From an uncultured Bacteroidales bacterium (lineage in GTDB: Bacteria; Bacteroidota; Bacteroidia; Bacteroidales; FEN-979): a stretch of DNA of 64,000 nt. The notes under the pieces were generated by a model, which was not told the DNA's origin, did not search any database, and worked only from the letters and a program-made list of their open reading frames with translations. Below, in pieces: positions 36,307-45,996 of the stretch. Positions within the stretch are counted from its first letter, which is position 1. Every line of letters begins with the position of its first letter. The DNA lies in contig CAIYUC010000034.1 in the NCBI GenBank assembly GCA_903929315.1, forward strand, positions 2,790 to 66,789, written 5' to 3'. Position numbers and translations under genes: made by a program.

Positions 36307-38298
36307 ATGAAACGATTTACGTCTGGTCTTTTGATAATTCTGTGTATTCTTGGAACGAGTTTCTCCCTCAAATCCCAGGTGAAAAATGAAGATGTCCTTC
36401 TCACCATTGGCAACCAGAATATTACCATTGGAGATTTCATGGCTATTTACAAGAAAAATAATCCAAAAGGAAACAATCTTGACAAGACAAATCTGAACGA
36501 TTACCTCGACTTATTCATTAACTTCAAATTAAAAGTAAAAGAAGCGGAAGATCTTGGTCTCGATACACTGACCTCCTTCAGGACCGAACTTAATGGATAC
36601 CGTGATCAACTTGCAAAACCTTATTTTATAGATGAATCCACGATCAACCGGTTGGTATCAGAAGCTTACGACAGAGAGCATTTTGATATTCGTGCAAGTC
36701 ACATCTTTTTAAGGTTAAGACCGGATGCATTACCGGAAGATACGCTGGCTGTATATGGGAAAATCCTAAAGGTCAGGGAAAGATTGATGAATGGAGAATC
36801 ATTTGAAAAACTGGTCGCGGAATTTTCAGAAGATCCTTCATCCAAAGATCAGGATGCCACGAAAACCCGGCCTATGATGAAAGGTAATCATGGAGATTTG
36901 GGGTATTTCTCCACCTTTGATATGGTTTATCCGTTTGAAACAGCTGCATTCAACACCCTCGTTGGCCAGGTTTCAAAGATTGTCAGAACCGATTATGGCT
37001 ATCATCTGATAAAAGTAACGGACAAGAAGGATGCTATGGGGAAAGTAACGGTGGCCCATATTTTTAAAATGTTGCCAAAAGAGGCTTCCCATAATGATTC
37101 GGTTATGATTAAGAGAAAAATCGATTCCGTATACCGGAAATTAATGGCCGGAGCGAACTGGGATGAAATTGTCAAACAGTTTTCCGATGATAAAGGAAGT
37201 GCAGCAAAAGGAGGATTATTACCGGAGTTCGGCGTGAACAGGATGGTACCTGAGTTTATCGTGGCTATCTATAAACTTAAAAACGACGGTGATATCTCAG
37301 AACCTTTGATAACCCCTTACGGCTGGCATATTATTAAGCTCATCAAGAGAAAAGGGACTGGCACTTTTGATGATGAAAAAACTGATCTGAAAGCAAAAGT
37401 GAATAAGGATTCCCGCGCGCAATTGGCAAAAGATGCTGTGTATGCAAAAATTAAAGAGGAATATGGTTTTAAGGAATTTCAGGATGCGAAGAAAGACTTT
37501 TACAAAGTTGTTACCGACAGCATTTTTACCGGAAAATGGGACCCTTCTTTGGCAAAAGACCTCAAAAACCCGTTGTTGAAAATTGGGCAGATGACCATCA
37601 ATCAGCCGGATTTTACGCAATATATCGCAACGAAACAGAAAAAACGTGACCGGATCAATCTTCAATTTTTGATCGATCAAATGTACAGGGACTTCTTAAA
37701 TGAATCCCTGATAAAATATGAAAATTCTCACCTGGAAACGAAATATCCTGAATTCCGTGCACTTATGGAGGAATACAAGGATGGAATTCTGCTCTTTGAC
37801 CTTACGGATCAAAAAGTATGGTCCAAAGCGGTAAAAGATACTGTCGGACTGAAAGACTTTTACGACAAGAATAAAAACAATTACATGTGGGATAAACGGG
37901 TGGAGGCCTCCATTTTTACTTTGAAAGATCCGAAAAAGGCCCAAAAGGTAAAGAACTTTATCAAACAGGGCCTTGCATACCAGGATATCCTGAAAGAAAT
38001 GAATACGGATTCTGTTAAAGTGCTGACCATCGAAAGCGGGAAATTTTCCAAAAAAGACAATATATTCATCGATGAAGTTGATTGGGTTCCCGGTATATCG
38101 AACGATTTTAAATCGGATTCATCTTTGGTATTCGTCAATATTACGAAGATCCTTAATCCGGAACCCAAAGCATTGAACGAATCCCGCGGGCTGATTACTG
38201 CAGATTATCAGAATTTTCTTGAAAAGATTTGGATCGGTTATTTGCGACATAAATACCCGGTTACAATACATAAAGATATCCTCGAACAAATCAAATAA
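36307..38298 (+). CDS. peptidylprolyl isomerase (parvulin type, PpiD/SurA-like)
   Basis: 663 aa with a signal peptide and parvulin motifs ASHIFLRL, GDLGYFSTFDMVYPFETAAF, GYHLIKV and WHIIKL. Confidence 0.85.
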   Translation: MKRFTSGLLIILCILGTSFSLKSQVKNEDVLLTIGNQNITIGDFMAIYKKNNPKGNNLDKTNLNDYLDLFINFKLKVKEAEDLGLDTLTSFRTELNGYRDQLAKPYFIDESTINRLVSEAYDREHFDIRASHIFLRLRPDALPEDTLAVYGKILKVRERLMNGESFEKLVAEFSEDPSSKDQDATKTRPMMKGNHGDLGYFSTFDMVYPFETAAFNTLVGQVSKIVRTDYGYHLIKVTDKKDAMGKVTVAHIFKMLPKEASHNDSVMIKRKIDSVYRKLMAGANWDEIVKQFSDDKGSAAKGGLLPEFGVNRMVPEFIVAIYKLKNDGDISEPLITPYGWHIIKLIKRKGTGTFDDEKTDLKAKVNKDSRAQLAKDAVYAKIKEEYGFKEFQDAKKDFYKVVTDSIFTGKWDPSLAKDLKNPLLKIGQMTINQPDFTQYIATKQKKRDRINLQFLIDQMYRDFLNESLIKYENSHLETKYPEFRALMEEYKDGILLFDLTDQKVWSKAVKDTVGLKDFYDKNKNNYMWDKRVEASIFTLKDPKKAQKVKNFIKQGLAYQDILKEMNTDSVKVLTIESGKFSKKDNIFIDEVDWVPGISNDFKSDSSLVFVNITKILNPEPKALNESRGLITADYQNFLEKIWIGYLRHKYPVTIHKDILEQIK

Positions 38299-38304
38299 TC
38301 TGTC

Positions 38305-39144
38305 TTGAACAAATGGGTCATATTTTCGCTGGTAATCCTTACCGCTTGTACTACCTTTTTTAAAAAAAAGACAGAAAGAGTGCTGGCCAAAGTGGGAAAT
38401 GAATACCTGTATGAATCCGACGTGAAAGATGTGATCCCTGTCAGAACACTTGCCAGGGATAGCATTGTCCTTGCGAAAGGCTTTATTGATAATTGGGTTC
38501 GGCAAAAGTTGCTTATTGCAAAGGCAATGAAAAACCTGCCCGGTGAACAGATGGATTTTTCAAAACAACTCGAGAATTATAAAAATTCATTGATTGTATT
38601 CGAATATGAAAATGCCCTTGTAAAACAAAACCTCGATACGATCGTCACGGAAGATGAAATGGAGAATTATTATGATTCAAACCAGAAGAATTTCCTGCTC
38701 AAGGATAATATCGTGCAAATTCAGTACGTTAAGTTACCTGTCAGATCACCCAACATTAAGATATTCAAAAAACTTTTATATTCAGATAATTCTGTAGATA
38801 AGGTCAATCTTGCGGGCCAATGTGAAAAATATGCTTCAAATTATTTTCTGGATGATCAGACCTGGTTGCTTTTTAATGATATTTTAAAAGAGATCCCGAT
38901 AAAGACATATAACCAGGAAGATTTTCTTAAAAATCACCGTAAAGTGGAATTTCAGGACTCTTTATTTGTTTACCTGGTTAGATTTAAAGATTTTAAAATT
39001 AAGGAAGGTATCTCTCCCTTAAGCTTTGAAAAAGAACGGATCAGAAATATTATTCTGAATAAACGGAAGATCGATCTTATTAATAAGATGCATGAGGATA
39101 CTTATGAACAAGCTTTAAAGCACAATGAATTTGAAGTTTATTGA
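38305..39144 (+). CDS. lipoprotein, SurA-N/chaperone-like hypothetical
   Basis: 279 aa with lipobox SLVILTAC. It is embedded between two PPIase genes, and no PPIase motif is seen. Confidence 0.55.
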   Translation: MNKWVIFSLVILTACTTFFKKKTERVLAKVGNEYLYESDVKDVIPVRTLARDSIVLAKGFIDNWVRQKLLIAKAMKNLPGEQMDFSKQLENYKNSLIVFEYENALVKQNLDTIVTEDEMENYYDSNQKNFLLKDNIVQIQYVKLPVRSPNIKIFKKLLYSDNSVDKVNLAGQCEKYASNYFLDDQTWLLFNDILKEIPIKTYNQEDFLKNHRKVEFQDSLFVYLVRFKDFKIKEGISPLSFEKERIRNIILNKRKIDLINKMHEDTYEQALKHNEFEVY

Positions 39145-40531
39145 AGCAATGGTTCCGATGAGAAAACGAATGAACAAAGGAAATTTCATTTTCCTGGTGT
39201 TTTCCTTTTTGTCTGTCTATGCCTGTAACATAACTGCACAAACTTCACAGGATACTGTCATTGATGGAATTGTTGCCATTGTTGGCGCAAACACGATTCT
39301 TAGATCCGATCTGGAAAATCAATATCTTCAATTCCGAAGCCAGGGGAATATCACGGGGAGTCCGACTACCATGAAATGCCAGATCCTGGAAAATATGTTG
39401 TTCCAGAAGTTGTTATTGAACCAGGCGGAGATCGACAGCGTGCAGATAACGGATATACAGGTGGAAAGTGAAATGGATCGCAGGATGCGTTACTTTATCA
39501 ACCTTGCCGGTTCTCCTGAGAAACTCGAGGAAACATACCAAAAATCCATCATCGCCATTAAAAGTGAGATGCGTGACATCATTAAGGAACAAATGATGGT
39601 TGAAAATGTTCAACAGAAGATCACCAAGGAGGTTGCAACGACACCTTCTGAAGTCAAAGCATTTTATCGCAAATTACCCAAAGATAGTATTCCCGCTGTC
39701 AATTCAGAGTATGAGATAGGTATGATCGTTAAATATCCTGCAATAGGAGATGCAGAAAAAGAAGAAGTCCGGAAAAAAATAACCGCCTTAAAAGAGAGGA
39801 TTGCCAAAGGTGACGATTTTAGTACTATGGCGATACTTTATTCTGAGGATCCGGGATCTTCCAAGAAAGGTGGAGAGCTGGGAATGTTTAAAAGAGGGGA
39901 TATGCGTCCTGAATTTGAAGCAGCTGCATTTAAATTGAAACCAGCTGAAGTTTCCGATATTGTGGAGACAGAAGATGGTTATCATCTGATCCAGATGATT
40001 GAACGAAGAGGAGAGTACATCAATGTAAGGCATATCCTGTTACAACCCAAAGTGTCAATCGTCAGCCTGAATGCAGCGAAAACAACACTGGATAGTATCG
40101 CTACAATAATCGATCAAAAGAAAATGAGATTCGATGAATGTGTAATGAAGTTTTCTGATGATCCGAGCAAGAATAACGGCGGCCTTATGATCAATCCCAA
40201 CACGGGGAATAGCAGATTTGAATCCGATCAGCTTGATCCGAAAGTGTTTTTCGTGATCGATAAATTAAAGGTCGGAGAGATCTCAGCACCGGTGTTATTC
40301 AAGACGGACCGGGGAAAAGAAGAATACCGGATCTATTACCTTAAAGAAAGAACCAATCCGCACAAAGCAAATCTGGAATTGGACTATGCCAGGATACAGC
40401 AGTGGGCAATGGAAAAAAAGAAAATGAAAATCATGGATGATTGGATCCAGAAGAAGACATCCCGCACCTATGTAAGGATCATGGATCCTTATAAAAACTG
40501 CGCATTTCAAAGAAACTGGAATTCAAAATAA
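39125..40531 (+). CDS. peptidylprolyl isomerase SurA-like
   Basis: Parvulin motifs are GGELGMFKRGDMRPEFEAAAF, GYHLIQM and VRHILL. Alternative in-frame ATGs at 39149, 39158 and 39170 lie after the upstream stop and precede the signal peptide NFIFLVFSFLSVYA. Confidence 0.85.
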   Translation: MNLKFIEAMVPMRKRMNKGNFIFLVFSFLSVYACNITAQTSQDTVIDGIVAIVGANTILRSDLENQYLQFRSQGNITGSPTTMKCQILENMLFQKLLLNQAEIDSVQITDIQVESEMDRRMRYFINLAGSPEKLEETYQKSIIAIKSEMRDIIKEQMMVENVQQKITKEVATTPSEVKAFYRKLPKDSIPAVNSEYEIGMIVKYPAIGDAEKEEVRKKITALKERIAKGDDFSTMAILYSEDPGSSKKGGELGMFKRGDMRPEFEAAAFKLKPAEVSDIVETEDGYHLIQMIERRGEYINVRHILLQPKVSIVSLNAAKTTLDSIATIIDQKKMRFDECVMKFSDDPSKNNGGLMINPNTGNSRFESDQLDPKVFFVIDKLKVGEISAPVLFKTDRGKEEYRIYYLKERTNPHKANLELDYARIQQWAMEKKKMKIMDDWIQKKTSRTYVRIMDPYKNCAFQRNWNSK

Positions 40532-40542
40532 TAACAAACTCT

Positions 40543-41508
40543 ATGCAATATATTTCAGACGTTGAAGCTGTTGACGCTCTTGTAAATAAATATAAACTAC
40601 TCAAATCAGAGATAGCAAAAGTAATTGTCGGCCAGGATGAGGTTGTTAAAAACCTGCTGATCTCGGTCTTTTGTAAAGGGCATTGTCTTTTAGTAGGAGT
40701 GCCTGGGCTTGCCAAAACTCTTATGGTTAACACTCTTTCTAAAGCATTGGGTCTTACCTATAGCCGTATTCAGTTCACCCCCGATCTGATGCCTTCTGAT
40801 ATCATCGGAACTGAAATTCTTGACGAAGTACGAAAATTCAGGTTTATCAAAGGTCCCGTTTTTGCAAATATCATCCTCGCAGATGAAATAAACAGGACTC
40901 CGCCAAAAACACAATCAGCACTATTGGAGGCAATGCAGGAAAAAGCCGTGACGGTTGCCGGTGTATCATATAAGCTTGAAGAACCTTTTTTTGTTCTGGC
41001 CACTCAGAATCCTATCGAACATGAAGGAACCTATCCTTTACCGGAAGCACAGCTTGACCGGTTTATGTTCAATATCTGGTTGGATTACCCTTCTTTCAAT
41101 GAAGAGATAAGGATCGTAAAGAATACAACTTCACAGCATCTCTCACAGCCCACGGTTGTCATGAGTGCAGAAGAGATCCTGTTTTTTCAGGAGCTGATCC
41201 TTAAAATACCAGTTCCTGATAATGTTTTTGAATATGCTGTGAATCTTGTATCTAAAACAAGGCCAAATACAGAAAGAGGAGATGACTGGGCGAACAGGTT
41301 CGTGACCTGGGGTGCAGGTCCGAGAGCTTCTCAGTACCTCATTTTCGGAGCAAAATGTCATGCGGCCCTAAACGGCAAATATTCTCCTGATATTGAAGAC
41401 GTCAGGGCCGTTGCCACTGCTGTTCTCCGGCATCGTATTGTCAGGAATTTTAAAGCTGAAGCAGAAGGTATAAGGGTCGAGGATATCGTCAGCCACCTGG
41501 TCAAATGA
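40543..41508 (+). CDS. MoxR-family AAA+ ATPase
   Basis: 321 aa with Walker A GVPGLAKT, Walker B ILADEINR, FFVLATQNPIEHEGTYPLPEAQLDRF and GAGPRAS. Confidence 0.92.
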   Translation: MQYISDVEAVDALVNKYKLLKSEIAKVIVGQDEVVKNLLISVFCKGHCLLVGVPGLAKTLMVNTLSKALGLTYSRIQFTPDLMPSDIIGTEILDEVRKFRFIKGPVFANIILADEINRTPPKTQSALLEAMQEKAVTVAGVSYKLEEPFFVLATQNPIEHEGTYPLPEAQLDRFMFNIWLDYPSFNEEIRIVKNTTSQHLSQPTVVMSAEEILFFQELILKIPVPDNVFEYAVNLVSKTRPNTERGDDWANRFVTWGAGPRASQYLIFGAKCHAALNGKYSPDIEDVRAVATAVLRHRIVRNFKAEAEGIRVEDIVSHLVK

Positions 41509-41598
41509 AATGGTACAAAGCAAATTTGATACCACGCAAAGGACCGTTTTTTGTCTGGTCCAGGCAGGCATAGGTTTTAAAGAGTGATTTTATAGTTA

Positions 41599-41659
41599 CC
41601 TGAAAGAATTCATCTTTTTTCATGAAATAACCTGGAATTTCATTCCTGTGAAATTCATT
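41599..41659 (+). promoter_or_regulatory. three direct repeats CCTG(N)GAA(A/T)TTCAT upstream of pstS (Pho-box-like candidate)
   Basis: cctgaaagaattcat (41599..41613), cctggaatttcatt (41631..41644) and cctgtgaaattcatt (41645..41659). Confidence 0.3.
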
Positions 41660-41691
41660 TAATGTACTTTTATGGTCAAAACAAACTATCC

Positions 41692-42678
41692 ATGACAGAA
41701 AAGTACATTTACCAGCTTCCATCAATTTTCATTTTTCTTGTATTCATATTCCTGCTTGCTGGATGTGATCAAAGGAATAATGACAATGCAGCCCGGAAAA
41801 ATGATCCTTTGAAAGGAAAGATTACCATTTCTGGTGCTTTTGCTCTTTATCCCCTTACGGTGAGATGGGCCGAAGAATTTCAAAAGTTGCATCCGAAGGT
41901 CACCATCAATATCTCAGCGGGCGGCGCCGGGAAAGGAATGGCGGATGCCTTATCAAAGATGGTTGATCTCGGGATGTATTCAAAAGAACTAAGCCCAGAA
42001 GAAAGAGCAAAAGGTGCATGGTTTGTGGCTGTTGCAAAGGATGCTGTATTACCGACAGTAAATTCGGGAAACCCTGTTTTAAAAGAGCTTAAAATGAAAG
42101 GAATGACCCGGCAAATGTTTTATAAAGTTTTCATTAGCGGGGAGATAAAAACCTGGGGAGAAGTCGTTGGAACAAGATCAAATGATATAGTACAGGCATT
42201 TACCCGTTCCGATGCTTGCGGCGCTGCCGAAATGTGGGCAAAATATATCGGTAATAAAAAACAGGAGGACTTGCTGGGGCTTGGAGTGAATGGTGATCCC
42301 GGTGTGGCCGATGCTGTGAGAAAAACGGTTACAGGCATTGGTTACAATAATCTGAACTTTGTTTATGATATGCAAACGCGGCAGGTTTATAACGGACTTG
42401 AAGTTGTCCCCATTGATATCAATGGCAATGGCCATATCGATCCCGAAGAGAATTTTTACTCCACTTTGGATGGTGTTATGAAAGCTATTAAAGAAGGTCA
42501 ATATCCTTCACCCCCGGGGAGGGATCTTTATTTGGTTTCTGCCGGAAAACCAACGAATAAAAATTGTATAGCATTTTTACGTTGGATTTTGACTGATGGA
42601 CAAAAATATCTTACAGAAGCTGGTTATATAACTCTTCCTGAGGAGAAAATTAAAGCAGGACAAGATAAACTGAAGTAG
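41692..42678 (+). CDS. pstS: phosphate ABC transporter substrate-binding lipoprotein PstS
   Basis: Lipobox FIFLLAGC, then ISGAFALYPLTVRWAEEF and SAGGAGKGM; it is followed by pstCAB. The track start is 41662. The ATG at 41692 is preferred because direct repeats occupy 41599..41659. Confidence 0.85.
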   Translation: MTEKYIYQLPSIFIFLVFIFLLAGCDQRNNDNAARKNDPLKGKITISGAFALYPLTVRWAEEFQKLHPKVTINISAGGAGKGMADALSKMVDLGMYSKELSPEERAKGAWFVAVAKDAVLPTVNSGNPVLKELKMKGMTRQMFYKVFISGEIKTWGEVVGTRSNDIVQAFTRSDACGAAEMWAKYIGNKKQEDLLGLGVNGDPGVADAVRKTVTGIGYNNLNFVYDMQTRQVYNGLEVVPIDINGNGHIDPEENFYSTLDGVMKAIKEGQYPSPPGRDLYLVSAGKPTNKNCIAFLRWILTDGQKYLTEAGYITLPEEKIKAGQDKLK

Positions 42679-42713
42679 TTTCCCGGCTCCCTGATAATTT
42701 TTAATTTTACAGG

Positions 42714-43604
42714 ATGTACATCTTAAACCGTTGGCAAAGACACTGGGTGAACAATACCTGGATGATCATCAGTTTGCTGGTGGTTGCAACTTTACCATTC
42801 TTCCTGTTCCTCGGACTTTACCTGAAATCATTTTTACTATTACACGATTATCATTTAGGACATCTACTGTTCGGTAAGATATGGAAACCAGGAATTGGTC
42901 AATTCGGTTTTTTCCCTTTCATTGTAGGATCCATCTGGGTAACCTTGCTTGCAATGGTCATCTCTGCCCCAATTTGCCTTCTGGCAGCGATCTATGTTAC
43001 CCAGTATTCCAAAACCCACTTATTGCGCATCATGCATCCGGCTATTGATATCCTGGCCGGCATCCCTTCGGTAGTTTATGGCTTGTGGGGCATACTGGTG
43101 ATTGTGCCATTTATTTCCCGTTACCTTGGACCATTATTTGGCGTTACTACAGTCGGATACAGTATTCTTGCGGCGGCATTGGTCCTTTCCATCATGATTG
43201 TTCCTTTTATCCTGAACATTTTGATCGAAATATTCCGTGCCATTCCTGTTGAGCTGAAAGAAGCCTCCCTGGCGCTGGGAGCAACGGAGTGGCAGTCGAT
43301 AAAACAGGTAATGGTGAAAAAAGCACTCCCGGGTATTATTGCTGCTTTTGGTTTCGGGCTGGCAAGGGCTTTCGGTGAAACGATGGCAGTCCTTATGGTG
43401 GTAGGGAATGTAGTTGAACTTCCGAAAAGTGTATTCGACCCCGGATATACCTTGCCTGCACTGATCGCCAATAATTACGGGGAAATGCTCTCCATCCCGA
43501 AATATGATTCCGCTCTGATGTTCGCAGCTTTGATCCTGCTTGTGGTTTCATTGTTTTTCAATCTGATAATGCACTTCTTTATCATCCGTTATAATAGATA
43601 TTAA
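42714..43604 (+). CDS. pstC: phosphate ABC transporter permease PstC
   Basis: 296 aa, six TM helices, EAA-type loop LKEASLALGATEWQ. Confidence 0.9.
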   Translation: MYILNRWQRHWVNNTWMIISLLVVATLPFFLFLGLYLKSFLLLHDYHLGHLLFGKIWKPGIGQFGFFPFIVGSIWVTLLAMVISAPICLLAAIYVTQYSKTHLLRIMHPAIDILAGIPSVVYGLWGILVIVPFISRYLGPLFGVTTVGYSILAAALVLSIMIVPFILNILIEIFRAIPVELKEASLALGATEWQSIKQVMVKKALPGIIAAFGFGLARAFGETMAVLMVVGNVVELPKSVFDPGYTLPALIANNYGEMLSIPKYDSALMFAALILLVVSLFFNLIMHFFIIRYNRY

Positions 43605-43608
43605 TAGT

Positions 43609-44466
43609 ATGACCCTGGGCCAGAAAATAGAAGAAAAGATTTTTAAGGTACTCATGATAATTGCTACCTATTTCATTCTTGCTGTTCTGGCTGTCATTAT
43701 CTATAGCATTTTTGAAAAGGGGGTCAAAGCCCTGTCATGGGAAATCCTTACACAAATCCCCAAGGGTGGTTATTATTATGGGAAAGGTGGTGGTATCCTG
43801 AATGCGATCCTGGGATCATTATGCCTTGCTTTCGGTGCAACTCTGCTGGCATTTTTGATCGGGCTTCCGGTGGCGCTTTACATCAATGTTTTCCTCATCC
43901 GCTGGAAAAAAGTGGTAGCTTTTATCCGTTTCCTCCTGGATCTTATATGGGGTATCCCTTCGATCGTTTATGGTGCTTTCGGTTTTACCATGATGATCTA
44001 TCTGGGACTGCAGACTTCATTACTCGCAGGGATCATAACGGTAACCCTGTTCATTCTTCCCATTATGATCCGTTCAATGGACGAAATTCTCAGGACGGTC
44101 CCATACGGTTTGATGGAAGCATCCTATTCCCTCGGCTCCAATAAATCTGAAACAGCCTTTAAAATCTTTACCCGGCAAACAATTTCAGGAATTATCACGG
44201 CAATTCTCCTTTCCTTTGGAAGGGCTATCGGTGATGCGGCTTCAGTGCTGTTTACCGCAGGGTACACGGATCACCTCCCGAATTCCCTTCTCGAGCCGGT
44301 GGCTACTTTGCCATTGTCGATCTTCTTCCAGCTCTCCTCGCCGGTTCCTGCAGTTCAGGACAGGGCCTATGCTTCAGCCCTTGTCCTGACCATGATCATC
44401 CTCATTGTCAGCCTGTTTTCAAGAGGATTGGGGAAAAGATATCATAAAACGAAAATAAATTTTTAA
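43609..44466 (+). CDS. pstA: phosphate ABC transporter permease PstA
   Basis: 285 aa with EAA-type loop LMEASYSLGSNK. It lies between pstC and pstB. Confidence 0.9.
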   Translation: MTLGQKIEEKIFKVLMIIATYFILAVLAVIIYSIFEKGVKALSWEILTQIPKGGYYYGKGGGILNAILGSLCLAFGATLLAFLIGLPVALYINVFLIRWKKVVAFIRFLLDLIWGIPSIVYGAFGFTMMIYLGLQTSLLAGIITVTLFILPIMIRSMDEILRTVPYGLMEASYSLGSNKSETAFKIFTRQTISGIITAILLSFGRAIGDAASVLFTAGYTDHLPNSLLEPVATLPLSIFFQLSSPVPAVQDRAYASALVLTMIILIVSLFSRGLGKRYHKTKINF

Positions 44467-44472
44467 CGGAAA

Positions 44473-45246
44473 GTGCTTACTGGCATGACGGACAACAAAA
44501 AAATACAAATCAGCGATCTTAACGTTTTTGCAGGGAAGTTTCAAATCCTGAAAAATATTAACATTGAGCTCCCGGAAAATAAAATAACGGTCATCCTCGG
44601 ACCTTCAGGATGTGGTAAAACCACACTACTTAAATGTATGAACCGTCTGACCGATCTTTACCCGGAATTAAAGGTAACAGGAGATATCAGGATCAGCGGC
44701 AACAATATCCTCGCGGCCAGGGAAGATATCTATAAACTCCGTCAGAACATGGGACTTCTATCCCAACGTCCTTATCCCTTACCTATGACCATTTATAATA
44801 ACATCGCTTATGGACTGAAGCTCCGGGGGGTTAAGAAAAGAAGAGAAATCCATAAACTCGTGGTGCATTACCTGCAGCAGGCTAATTTATGGGAGGAAGT
44901 GAGAACCCGGCTAAGAGAACCTGCATCGAGGCTTTCCATAGGACAGCAGCAAAGGCTTTGTCTTGCCAGAGGTTTAGCTGTGAGTCCCGGGATCATCCTC
45001 GCGGATGAACCTACTTCAGCACTCGATCCAATCTCCAGCCAGTATATTGAACAAAAATTCCTTGAACTGAAAAATGATTATACCATCGTTTTAGTCACGC
45101 ATGTTTTACGCCAGGCCAGGCGTATCGCTGATTACGTGGTTTTTATGTACCTCGGGGAAGTCATCGAACAAGGCGATGTCCATGAAGTATTCGAGAATCC
45201 GAAAATGGAAAAAACGAAACTTTATTTAGGTGGCACTTTCAATTAA
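44473..45246 (+). CDS. pstB: phosphate ABC transporter ATP-binding protein PstB
   Basis: Walker A GPSGCGKTT, signature LSIGQQQRLCLAR, Walker B ILADEPTSALD. GTG start, with an alternative ATG at 44485. Confidence 0.93.
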   Translation: MLTGMTDNKKIQISDLNVFAGKFQILKNINIELPENKITVILGPSGCGKTTLLKCMNRLTDLYPELKVTGDIRISGNNILAAREDIYKLRQNMGLLSQRPYPLPMTIYNNIAYGLKLRGVKKRREIHKLVVHYLQQANLWEEVRTRLREPASRLSIGQQQRLCLARGLAVSPGIILADEPTSALDPISSQYIEQKFLELKNDYTIVLVTHVLRQARRIADYVVFMYLGEVIEQGDVHEVFENPKMEKTKLYLGGTFN

Positions 45247-45309
45247 TTATTGTTGCTTAATAATTTATAGTAATTTTATTGTGTCAAATTATTAATGCAT
45301 TATTCCTGA

Positions 45310-45996
45310 ATGGATAAACCGGATAAAAAGGTTGAATTAACATTGCCAGAAAAAATAGTTCTTCTTGCCCTCGACAATAAAGGATGGTTTGGTAGTTCAG
45401 AACACAACATTAAATTTGGCCTTTCCGGAGTGATTTTGTTTGAACTGGCAGTATTGGAAAGGATAAAGATCAAAGATAATATCGTTCAGCTGATCAGTAC
45501 AAAATCCACCGGTGATCCCTTGCTCGACAGGATCCTCAATCACATCAAATCTTCTAAAAAAAACCGGAGTCTGCGTAACTGGATCCAGAACTTTGTTTAC
45601 AAAAAGCTGCTCATTCGAAAAACTATTTTAAAAAGCCTGATTGAGAAGAAGATCATTAAAAAGGAAGAATTCAGCATGCTTTGGGTGTTTTACCAGTTTA
45701 AGTATCCAATCCTGAATGTCGATAGTAAAGAGAAAATACGCACGGATCTCTATGAGACAATAATGAAAGGAGGGCAGCTTTCAGATCAGGATACGATGTT
45801 TATAATTGTGATGGATACCTGCAAGATGGTCAGGAAAAATTTCTACCACTTTGATAATTATATCAAGATCCGAAGGAGAATCAAGGAAATCACCACTTTC
45901 GACGATTCGAAAACAGAGAAAGAATGTCTTCTCAAAACATTGTATTCTTCAATTAACAGGGCAATTGTTGCCTCCAACGTATCAATTCATGCATAA
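45310..45996 (+). CDS. GPP34 (GOLPH3/VPS74-like) family protein
   Basis: 228 aa. LPEKIVLLALDNKGWF...FGLSGVILFELAVLERIKIKDN is the typical GPP34 N-terminal pattern. Confidence 0.65.
   Translation: MDKPDKKVELTLPEKIVLLALDNKGWFGSSEHNIKFGLSGVILFELAVLERIKIKDNIVQLISTKSTGDPLLDRILNHIKSSKKNRSLRNWIQNFVYKKLLIRKTILKSLIEKKIIKKEEFSMLWVFYQFKYPILNVDSKEKIRTDLYETIMKGGQLSDQDTMFIIVMDTCKMVRKNFYHFDNYIKIRRRIKEITTFDDSKTEKECLLKTLYSSINRAIVASNVSIHA

Noticed and set aside
40543-41508. Does MoxR head a Bat/vWA (moxR-DUF58-batA...) aerotolerance-type operon?
   Set aside because: The downstream genes are pstSCAB, not DUF58 or vWA genes. Here moxR simply ends the guaB-PPIase cluster.
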